IMG/VR virus record: IMGVR_UViG_3300038406_000097
Location: 1 to 24,175 of that record
DNA: 24,175 nt
Reading direction: 5' to 3' (one strand)
From: a virus
Taxonomy: Duplodnaviria > Caudoviricetes
A model generated the notes under the pieces. That model had not been told where the DNA came from and searched no databases. It saw nothing but the letters and a program-made list of their open reading frames with translations. Positions 16,933 to 24,165 of this stretch are shown here, one piece after another. The stretch's first letter is position 1. Each line of letters opens with the position of its first letter. The translations under genes were made by a program, and so were the position numbers.

Positions 16933-17537
16933 GTATGCCCTCTCCGTCCTCCTACACTAGGCAGCAAGAGGTTGAACTCAACTGGACGGCTTCCCTACTG
17001 GAGACTTACGCAGGACTCACGGATGGTGATGAGCATAGTAATGAAACACCTCGTCGGTTTCTGGATATGCTGAACGAGCTGACTGCACACAGACGCGACA
17101 AGTGTAATGGTGACTGTATGAAGTTCAAAACGTTCCTAAATGACGGTATGGACGAGATGATTGTTGTGCAGGGTATTCCGTTCGTATCCGTGTGCAATCA
17201 TCACATTATACCGTTTATGGGCTTTGCCCATGTTGCGTATGTGCCTAACGAGAAGATAGCTGGCTTGAGTAAGTTCGCTCGCGTAGTGGATCACTTCGCA
17301 CGTTCATTGCAGATACAAGAACGTCTCACAGCGCAAATCGCCGATTATCTGCAAGAGATGCTTCGGCCTCGCGGCGTGGGAGTTGTTCTAAGGGCGGAGC
17401 ACCTTTGTATGACCATTCGGGGTGTACAGAAGCCAGGCGCCGTGACTACTACAGCGTCCATGCAGGGCGTATTCAGCGATCACACTAGGACAGCTAAGTC
17501 TGAGTTTATGCTCTACCTAAACGGGTCCCATCAGTAA
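16929..17537 (+). CDS. folE: GTP cyclohydrolase I
   Basis: ETPRR, SVCNHH, GLSKFARVV, LQIQERLT, HLCMTIRGV. Confidence 0.97.
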   Translation: MSMPSPSSYTRQQEVELNWTASLLETYAGLTDGDEHSNETPRRFLDMLNELTAHRRDKCNGDCMKFKTFLNDGMDEMIVVQGIPFVSVCNHHIIPFMGFAHVAYVPNEKIAGLSKFARVVDHFARSLQIQERLTAQIADYLQEMLRPRGVGVVLRAEHLCMTIRGVQKPGAVTTTASMQGVFSDHTRTAKSEFMLYLNGSHQ

Positions 17538-17567
17538 AGTAGTACCAAGAGTGTAGGGGAGTGCAGT

Positions 17568-17909
17568 ATGGATCTTAAGGAGATAGTTCGTCAGTGTCGA
17601 GGTGATAGTAAACGTTGGTTTCCTAACAATTGGAATAACAATACGGAAGCTGATGTTGCTTTCCACATCCTTGCTACTGCAGGCGAGGCAGGGGAGTTAG
17701 CAAACCAAATGAAGAAAGTCCTGCGTGGAGATATCTCCTTCGAAGAAGCTAAATCAAGCATCTCCGAAGAAGCTATTGACGTTTTCATCTATCTTTGCAA
17801 CATCTTCGCACTGCTCGAGGTCGATCCTGTCAAGCTCTATGCAATCAAGAGGAGACGGAATGAACAGCGGTTCGGCAATCGACCCAGTGGTGCTGCAGCA
17901 ACTCTCTAA
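17568..17909 (+). CDS. MazG-like nucleotide pyrophosphohydrolase
   Basis: GEAGELANQMKK...EEAIDVFIYL (ExxE...EExxD all-alpha NTP-PPase metal motif). Confidence 0.88.
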   Translation: MDLKEIVRQCRGDSKRWFPNNWNNNTEADVAFHILATAGEAGELANQMKKVLRGDISFEEAKSSISEEAIDVFIYLCNIFALLEVDPVKLYAIKRRRNEQRFGNRPSGAAATL

Positions 17910-18156
17910 TGAGTTTGATGCGATTTGTATGGAGCGGCACCTCATGGGTGCTGAGAAGTATGGTGAAGGTACCTACCTAGGTGTCGATACTTTGCAGATG
18001 GCGCTAGAGGAGATTGCGGACCTTGCAAACTATGCAAGGTACACGTTCATCAAGATTCGCTTAATGCAGGAGAACTTTAACATCGACAGTTCAGCAGTAC
18101 AACCAGTTCCAAAGCCTAGGTCAGGGTTCTTTAGTTACAGAAAGGACCAGAAATGA
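17860..18156 (+). CDS. Putative second all-alpha (d)NTP pyrophosphatase
   Basis: GAGGAG RBS before ATG 17860; GAEKYG...ALEEIADLANY resembles the phage dNTP-diphosphohydrolase/MazG-superfamily helix motif. Confidence 0.6.
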   Translation: MNSGSAIDPVVLQQLSNEFDAICMERHLMGAEKYGEGTYLGVDTLQMALEEIADLANYARYTFIKIRLMQENFNIDSSAVQPVPKPRSGFFSYRKDQK

Positions 18157-18959
18157 GGGTGGCTCTTATTCCCCCGCGTGGATTGGAGAACTACGCACTA
18201 CGATCGAGGTTTCACTTAGCCTTGGCGATTCCGACATTGCTAACGAGACAGACATATGGAGGCATGTATAAGCGTGCCGCCAAGCTTGGTGACTATGTAG
18301 TCATGGATAATGGTGCTAACGAAGGGCAACGAGCAACTGGGCAACTACTATGTGACTTAGCTACAAACTTCGGATGTCAAGAAGTGGTTCTCCCTGATGT
18401 GTTGTACGACAAATACGGTACTATTATGGGTGCTAAGGTTTACTTGATGGGTGGGTACGGGGGACTGGGCCTCAGGAAGATGGCAGTCCTTCAGGGTAAG
18501 GACCCGACTGATCTGAAGAGCTGTGCTATCAGATTTGCCGATATACCTCAGATAACTGTGGTCGGAATTCCGCGTCATAGCATCGTGACGATGAATCGTC
18601 CAGCCGTACGGATTGAAATAGCAAATTGGATAGAAGACCGCTTTCCGAAACGGTTTAAGATCCACCTCTTGGGTACGAATTCTGCCTACCTAGGCGAAGT
18701 ATCAGCAGCCCAAAAGTACGCCCCACACATTCGGTCTGTAGATACTTCAATGCCTTTTAATTATGCTATAGCCCACCGATCTTTGACCAGAGTTACCGAC
18801 ACTGTAATACGCCCAGAGCGGTATTTCACAGACGATTGGTCGGGCCGTATTGACGTTAACCTTCTCCGCGACAATATTGACACCCTAATGGAGTGGGCTG
18901 GTGAAGTTGGTAGAGAGGAAGCACGCGTGGGCACAATGCGAACAGTGCCCACTAGCTGA
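18153..18959 (+). CDS. dpdA: DpdA-like TGT-fold 7-deazaguanine transglycosylase/transferase
   Basis: TIM-barrel TGT motifs VVMDNGA, LPDV, AVLQG, VGIP, HLLG, RSVDTS; lacks the CxCxxC...H Zn subdomain of tRNA TGTs; adjacent to queCDE/folE. Confidence 0.82.
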   Translation: MRVALIPPRGLENYALRSRFHLALAIPTLLTRQTYGGMYKRAAKLGDYVVMDNGANEGQRATGQLLCDLATNFGCQEVVLPDVLYDKYGTIMGAKVYLMGGYGGLGLRKMAVLQGKDPTDLKSCAIRFADIPQITVVGIPRHSIVTMNRPAVRIEIANWIEDRFPKRFKIHLLGTNSAYLGEVSAAQKYAPHIRSVDTSMPFNYAIAHRSLTRVTDTVIRPERYFTDDWSGRIDVNLLRDNIDTLMEWAGEVGREEARVGTMRTVPTS

Positions 18960-21324
18960 AGATGGGCGATTTGTCCCTTCTGAGATACCTACAAATCCTC
19001 GTTTAGTCGTAGTAGGTGAGGCACCAGGTTTTGAGGAGGTTAAGTACGGAAGACCTTTCATTGGACCTTCGGGACAATTACTAGATCAGGTACTGAAGCA
19101 CCATGGGTACGAACGAGAAGAGGTAATGTACACAAATGCTGCGCTTTGTCGGCCTTCGAATAATACGACTCCTCCTAAGGCTGCAATTCGTGCATGTAGA
19201 GAACGTCTACTTCGTGAGATTATCGGCTCGGGAGTACAAGACATACTTGCGCTTGGTGGGACGGCATCAGCTACTGTCATTGACGATAGAAGGCTTATTA
19301 CCACCCTTCGAATGGGTCCACCCAAGTCGCCTACGGACGACTTTTTACGACTCTCAAAACATATCGAGGGTGGGAATGGAGGTCCTACGCGGGTTGTCGC
19401 GTCCTGGCATCCGGCATACGCTCTCCGCAACAGTGACGCTTTCCCCTCACTCGTCGCCGACGTAGGAAAGCTGAAGGGCGTAAAAACGGACATTTGGCAA
19501 CCACCTGACTGGAAGTACTTTGAGAATCCTGTTGACGCTCAAACTGTGCTTACGCAGATCATGGCCTGGCAAGATCTGCATCAGTCTTACGAACTCGTTG
19601 TCGACATTGAAACGGGTATTGATAAAGACAATAGTTATGACCACCCAAATGAGTACGATCTTCTCTGTGTAGGACTAGGATATACTAAAGGCAAGGTGGT
19701 CGTTATTGGATATGACCCTTGCCACGCTAAGAGTGTACTAGACCTACTCAAAAAGCTTTTTCGCAGGTCTAAGCTTATTGCCCAGAACGGTAAATTCGAC
19801 CTCGCGGGGCTATATCCCCATTTAGGTCCCCTCGAGTTGTGGTTCGATACAATGCTGGCTAGTTACTGTTTGGACGAGCGTCCTGGAAATCATAAGCTCA
19901 AGACTTTAGGCCTCGAACTCCTAGGGACCCCTGAATGGGAACATGAAATACTTAGGTTCATACCTAGAGGCGGTAACTACGCAAACATCCCTCGACCCGT
20001 TCTCTACAAGTATAATGCCTACGATGTGGCAGTAACATGGGACTTGAAGGAGCTCTTCACTCCGAAACTTGACACTCCTCGTCGCCCTGATGATTGGCCT
20101 TATCAGGACAGGCCGTTCAAATCGCTTAGGGACCTGCACGACTTCTTAGTCAGAGCATCAAATCAGCTCATGTTCTTGGAGCTCAACGGTTTAACTATCG
20201 ATCGCGCATACCAAAACAAACTTCGGGAGATCTTTGGGGTTCGACTCGGAACCCTCGAAAGCCGTCTAACGGAAATTGCTGGTTACGAGCTCAACCCACG
20301 TAGTCCTAAACAGCTCAAGGAGTATTTCGCCGAACAGAAAATCATGTTAGACTCCACTAACAAGGACACGTTAGAACAACTTCTGGAGATCCTACGTAAG
20401 CGGGACGACACAACTAGCGACACCGTTCAATTCATTGAGACACTCCTCGTACACAGACGACAACAAAAACTCTCTTCAACTTACGTTGAAGGAATTAGGA
20501 AGCGTATGTATCGAGGTAGGGTATACTCCACCTACCTTCTTCACGGATCAACCTCTGGACGACTTACTAGTCGCAATCCGAATCTTCAGAACATTGATCG
20601 CGATAGGGATATTCGTAGGCAGTTTGCCGTTGCAAAGCCTGAGAATATCTTTGTACACACCGATTTCAAGCAAGCTGAGGGTCGAGTTATTGCCTACCTA
20701 GCCCAGGATGAGTATCTACGGGAGGTATTTAATAACCCAAAGATCGACATCTTTGACGAACTATCCAATCAGTTGTACGGTGTGGGCAATTGGAGGAAAG
20801 AAGTTGAGCGGATTAGGACAAAAGCCTTCTTCTATGGCCTCTCCTACGGGCGAGAAGCATACTCAATCGCCATGGAGTTCGGACTGTCTGTGTCTGAAGC
20901 CGAACGACGTATGCAGGAGTTCCTGTCCCTTATTCCTGCTACAGCGGCATGGCAGAAGGCGACTAGGGATGAAGTCTTGGCGGGGAAGGACCTCATCACA
21001 CCTTTCGGACGCCGCCGCCGGTTCTGGCTAATTACAGAGCATAATAAGAAGGATATTCTAAACGAGGCTTTATCCTTCCTCCCACAGTCAACATCTTCTG
21101 ATATATGCCTCGATGCTCTTATACATATCCGACCACGACTTCGAGGCATTGGATTTGTCCGACTCACAATTCATGATGCCCTAGTCGCAGAGTGTCACGA
21201 GAGTCGTAGAGAAGAAGTAACTAACATCATGATCGAGGAGATGATGGCTGCTGGAGAGCGTTTTACTAATTATGTACCATTTCCAGTTGATGTGTCATAC
21301 GGCAAGACATGGGGAGATTTGTGA
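18901..21324 (+). CDS. Family A DNA polymerase with N-terminal family-4 uracil-DNA glycosylase-like domain and 3'-5' exonuclease
   Basis: UDG4: CEQCPL, GEAPG, GRPFIGPSG, TNAALCRP, HPAYALR. Exo: VVDIETG, QNGKFDL, YNAYDV. Pol: TSGRLTSRNPNLQNI, DFKQAEGR, KAFFYGLSYG, TIHDAL. Confidence 0.96.
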   Translation: MKLVERKHAWAQCEQCPLAEDGRFVPSEIPTNPRLVVVGEAPGFEEVKYGRPFIGPSGQLLDQVLKHHGYEREEVMYTNAALCRPSNNTTPPKAAIRACRERLLREIIGSGVQDILALGGTASATVIDDRRLITTLRMGPPKSPTDDFLRLSKHIEGGNGGPTRVVASWHPAYALRNSDAFPSLVADVGKLKGVKTDIWQPPDWKYFENPVDAQTVLTQIMAWQDLHQSYELVVDIETGIDKDNSYDHPNEYDLLCVGLGYTKGKVVVIGYDPCHAKSVLDLLKKLFRRSKLIAQNGKFDLAGLYPHLGPLELWFDTMLASYCLDERPGNHKLKTLGLELLGTPEWEHEILRFIPRGGNYANIPRPVLYKYNAYDVAVTWDLKELFTPKLDTPRRPDDWPYQDRPFKSLRDLHDFLVRASNQLMFLELNGLTIDRAYQNKLREIFGVRLGTLESRLTEIAGYELNPRSPKQLKEYFAEQKIMLDSTNKDTLEQLLEILRKRDDTTSDTVQFIETLLVHRRQQKLSSTYVEGIRKRMYRGRVYSTYLLHGSTSGRLTSRNPNLQNIDRDRDIRRQFAVAKPENIFVHTDFKQAEGRVIAYLAQDEYLREVFNNPKIDIFDELSNQLYGVGNWRKEVERIRTKAFFYGLSYGREAYSIAMEFGLSVSEAERRMQEFLSLIPATAAWQKATRDEVLAGKDLITPFGRRRRFWLITEHNKKDILNEALSFLPQSTSSDICLDALIHIRPRLRGIGFVRLTIHDALVAECHESRREEVTNIMIEEMMAAGERFTNYVPFPVDVSYGKTWGDL

Positions 21325-21425
21325 TGAAGGATAAGATCCTATCCAAGCTACTGGACATCCCTCTCTGGGTGGTCAACAAGATGATAGATCTCGTCGACCG
21401 TTGGAACACAAGGAAACGACCATGA
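21324..21425 (+). CDS. Small hypothetical protein (33 aa; not in the ORF track)
   Basis: MKDKILSKLLDIPLWVVNKMIDLVDRWNTRKRP; GGGGAG RBS; TGATG coupling to the polymerase and ATGA coupling to the next gene. Confidence 0.6.
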   Translation: MKDKILSKLLDIPLWVVNKMIDLVDRWNTRKRP

Positions 21426-21751
21426 CTACTAAGTTGACACAGATGTACGATGCCCTCCACTCGCGCCTCGTTATTCGAATTCAAAATAGTGAGGGGATCT
21501 ACGTAGAAGACTTTGTTACGGACGAGATGCGCAGTAATTGGCCACAAAACTTCGAGCTGCTACTTCAAGCCCAAACGAAGTTTCTACAAGGCCTATGTGA
21601 TTCCTGGTCTGATAGAACAGGAGAACACATCCTACTCATAGCACCGAAGCACGAGGGGCAGGAATGGGGAATTGAATTCGACTATCTCGAGGGTGAGGTA
21701 GTTGGAGAGAGGTGGGAAGATGGCTCGTGGAAGGAAATCAGTAATAGGTGA
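21422..21751 (+). CDS. Hypothetical phage protein
   Basis: AAGGAA RBS before ATG 21422 (MTTKLTQMY...). Confidence 0.7.
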   Translation: MTTKLTQMYDALHSRLVIRIQNSEGIYVEDFVTDEMRSNWPQNFELLLQAQTKFLQGLCDSWSDRTGEHILLIAPKHEGQEWGIEFDYLEGEVVGERWEDGSWKEISNR

Positions 21752-22043
21752 CACGAATGTCGCCAAGAACGGATACCACTACATACGAACCGATACGGGC
21801 TGGCGACTTACTCATCATGTTATTGCCGAGGAGAAGCTAGGTAGGGAAATTAAATATGGTGAAACTGTTCGATTCGTAGATGGTAATCGCGACAACCTAA
21901 CACCAGAAAACGTCACCGTTGTCCCAGTGAGAAGTTCCCTACGTGGAAGGATTGCTAAGATTGAAGCGCAAATTATGGAGCTAGAAGGTGAACGCGATCG
22001 ACTCAAAGCCAAGTTAGCAATGCAAAACGGTCAAATCAAGTGA
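21720..22043 (+). CDS. Degenerate HNH-endonuclease-like protein with C-terminal coiled coil
   Basis: NGYHYI...HHVIAEEKLGR...VRFVDGNRDNLTPENV resembles HNH_3, but the usual H-H is replaced by R-F; GAGGTGG RBS before ATG 21720. Confidence 0.75.
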   Translation: MARGRKSVIGDTNVAKNGYHYIRTDTGWRLTHHVIAEEKLGREIKYGETVRFVDGNRDNLTPENVTVVPVRSSLRGRIAKIEAQIMELEGERDRLKAKLAMQNGQIK

Positions 22044-22055
22044 GGGGAAAGGTAC

Positions 22056-22634
22056 ATGCATAAGTACTTCTACGACACCGAGTTCCTTGATGATGGTAAG
22101 ACCATCAACATGATCTCGATCGGGATTGTGTGCGACGACGGCAGAGAGTACTACGCCATCAATCATGATGCACCTTGGGATAGCATTCGTCACCACAAGT
22201 GGCTCTGCGAGAACGTCGTACCGCACCTTCCCTTGCGTTGGCTTGACGGCAAGCCCGGAGGAAAGGTCACCAAGGTGGCAGCTAGCAACTACGACCGTTG
22301 GAACTTTAGTCTCGACTTCACTGATACTCTGTACAAGCCTAGGTACCTCATCGCCAACGAGGTACGAGACTTCATCACTCACCACTCTAGCAACTGGAGG
22401 GACAACGCACTCTGGGTTAACTATGGCGCCTACGATCACGTTGTTTTGGCCCAACTCTGGGGGTCCATGACCGGCTTGCCAGCAGGTATCCCTATGTTCT
22501 CGCGCGACCTACAGCAACTCTGGTGGGACGCCGGATGCCCCGAAAAGCCTCCGCAGCCAAAGGACGATCATCACGCATTGGCTGATGCTAAGTATAACAT
22601 GGCACTCTGGCAAACTTGCGTAGCCTTCAAGTGA
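22056..22634 (+). CDS. DEDDh 3'-5' exo(ribo)nuclease, Rv2179c/RNase AS-like
   Basis: YFYDTEF, ISIGIV, WLCENVVPHLP, YGAYDHVVLAQLWGSMTGLP, HHALADA. Confidence 0.9.
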   Translation: MHKYFYDTEFLDDGKTINMISIGIVCDDGREYYAINHDAPWDSIRHHKWLCENVVPHLPLRWLDGKPGGKVTKVAASNYDRWNFSLDFTDTLYKPRYLIANEVRDFITHHSSNWRDNALWVNYGAYDHVVLAQLWGSMTGLPAGIPMFSRDLQQLWWDAGCPEKPPQPKDDHHALADAKYNMALWQTCVAFK

Positions 22635-22650
22635 AGGGGGAGAAGCACAT

Positions 22651-23082
22651 ATGTTTGTAATCATCTCGGGTAGGCAGGGCGGTAAGACGGACACTGTGGT
22701 CAGGTGGCTTATCGAAGATCCCGAGCGCAGGATTGCACTAGTTGCAAGTGAGAGCCGGAAAAGGTCCCTCCTCAACCGCGTTTTGCTGCTCTCTCCGAGC
22801 AGTATCACAAAGAGCTTCTGGCAGGACCGTATCAGAGTCGCTAGTGAACTACTAGGCGGCGGCAGCGGGTTTCGGGGGAGGGGGCCGCACCAGATAGGCA
22901 TTGACGACTTAGAAGATGTCTTAGGGGTCCTACTAAGCTTCGTTACCGGAGGTATTCTTGAGCTGGTTACTATGACTGCCACACCCATTATCCTTCCAGT
23001 AACTGCAGGAACTGAGGGGGAGGAGAAGAGAGGCACACCGCTGCGGCGAGAAGGGACGAATTTACAAGAGAAAAGATCTTGA
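22651..23082 (+). CDS. Small P-loop NTPase-like protein
   Basis: N-terminal IISGRQGGKT (Walker A) and IGIDD (Walker B-like); GGGGGAG RBS. Confidence 0.65.
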   Translation: MFVIISGRQGGKTDTVVRWLIEDPERRIALVASESRKRSLLNRVLLLSPSSITKSFWQDRIRVASELLGGGSGFRGRGPHQIGIDDLEDVLGVLLSFVTGGILELVTMTATPIILPVTAGTEGEEKRGTPLRREGTNLQEKRS

Positions 23083-23185
23083 TCTTCTTGCTTGAGAGCG
23101 ATTTGTCAAGCTGTTTAACCTATATCTAAGCTAGCTAGACAAGTAGAGACTCTCCCTAAACCCCACTACAAGCCCCTATGACACA
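23073..23185. repeat. Degenerate intergenic repeat, copy 2 (copy 1 at 2035-2148)
   Basis: Exact 23-mer at 23163-23185 plus collinear upstream blocks. Confidence 0.85.
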
Positions 23186-23273
23186 GCGTAGCTAGACTTA
23201 GAATGAGGCTTGATCATAACTATGAGTGCCAGGGGTTGTGTGATTCGAAGCTTCCACAGGGCCCCTTTGAATG

Positions 23274-23310
23274 TTGACTAGTCAAAGAAGGAGAGACAGT
23301 TGGTTATAAT
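23274..23310 (+). promoter_or_regulatory. Putative promoter: perfect palindrome TTGACTAGTCAA upstream of TATAAT
   Basis: 12-bp palindrome at 23274-23285; TATAAT at 23305-23310; GGAGG at 23321 and ATG at 23332 downstream. TTGACT-to-TATAAT spacing (25 nt) is too long for a standard -35. Confidence 0.5.
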
Positions 23311-23331
23311 TTGCACTAGTGGAGGATCGCT

Positions 23332-23463
23332 ATGAACCTTGTCAGGTTGATTTGGTGTGGGCTCACGACTGTATGGGATTGGATTAAAAACAACTTGTGT
23401 CTACTAGGTATAGGCTACCTTGCCATAATCGTTATCCTAGCACTAGCTTCAAGTGATTGTTAG
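23332..23463 (+). CDS. Small membrane protein (43 aa; not in the ORF track)
   Basis: MNLVRLIWCGLTTVWDWIKNNLCLLGIGYLAIIVILALASSDC; GGAGG RBS 6 nt upstream; one hydrophobic helix. Confidence 0.6.
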   Translation: MNLVRLIWCGLTTVWDWIKNNLCLLGIGYLAIIVILALASSDC

Positions 23464-23488
23464 TGGCAAACTTGAAGGAGGAGTACTG

Positions 23489-24010
23489 GTGGACCTACCA
23501 ACTGTGCTGGCGTTAGATACGGGTGGTACTACTGGCTACTGTTGCGTCATCCCCCACAAGCCACCCATTCAAGGCGAGCTAGGACCAAAAGAGCACCACG
23601 TCGAGCTCTGGGACTTGATGCTTGAATATGTTTTAGCAGCTGACGACCACCATACAGCTCTTCACATCGTGTGTGAGGCTTTCCAGTTTCGGCACGACGA
23701 TCGCGACCGTTCTAAGATCGACTACATGGCTGCACACTATGAAGGAGTAGTGGAACTATTCCATGCAATGAACCAGACTAGGTATGCAGCGACAAATTTG
23801 TCACTAGTACTTGTCAAACAGTCAGCCTCTCAGGTGAAAGGTCAAGGCAAGAAGGGGCCGAGCAAAACCTTCTGGGGTGACGATAGCAAAGTTAAACAAG
23901 TCGACCTGTGGGTGCCTGGAAAGCCACATGCGGTAGATGCTACTCGCCACTACCTCTACTACGTGTCATTTGCATTAGACAACGACTACTACCTAAGGAA
24001 ACTGAAATGA
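23489..24010 (+). CDS. RuvC-like Holliday junction resolvase
   Basis: VLALDTGGTTG, IVCEAF, HAVDATRH; AAGGAGGAG RBS before GTG 23489 (ORF open from 23453). Confidence 0.82.
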   Translation: MDLPTVLALDTGGTTGYCCVIPHKPPIQGELGPKEHHVELWDLMLEYVLAADDHHTALHIVCEAFQFRHDDRDRSKIDYMAAHYEGVVELFHAMNQTRYAATNLSLVLVKQSASQVKGQGKKGPSKTFWGDDSKVKQVDLWVPGKPHAVDATRHYLYYVSFALDNDYYLRKLK

Positions 24011-24129
24011 TGGAGAACGAGGAAAGGGTTTCAGTGGGACGTAGCATTGCTATCTTGTTGGTCGTCTTCGGATCGATTATGGTGATGGGCGCTACCGCCA
24101 TTAGTCTTATCGTGTACGTCTTCAACTAG
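24007..24129 (+). CDS. Small membrane protein (40 aa)
   Basis: MMENEERVSVGRSIAILLVVFGSIMVMGATAISLIVYVFN; ATGA coupling to the resolvase; hydrophobic stretch. Confidence 0.6.
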   Translation: MMENEERVSVGRSIAILLVVFGSIMVMGATAISLIVYVFN

Positions 24130-24165
24130 GTAGGATAAGGCCCGGCTGTCCGAGGGATCCTATCT
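24128..24165 (+). terminator. Possible hairpin (terminator or processing site)
   Basis: AGGTAGGAT/ATCCTATCT stem with an inner C/G-rich stem; no U-tract; an AGGAGG RBS follows at 24168. Confidence 0.3.

Noticed and set aside
13861-18959. Host-type queuosine tRNA-modification operon
   Set aside because: No queF, queA or queG/H; the TGT-fold protein lacks the Zn subdomain; the context is phage DNA replication, which points to DNA modification.
18901-21324. Intein or intron in the polymerase
   Set aside because: The length is accounted for by UDG, exonuclease and polymerase domains; no intein splice motifs, LAGLIDADG block or frame interruption.
23274-23310. Canonical TTGACT...TATAAT sigma70 promoter
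   Set aside because: The spacer is 25 nt, too long; kept only as a palindrome plus -10 element.
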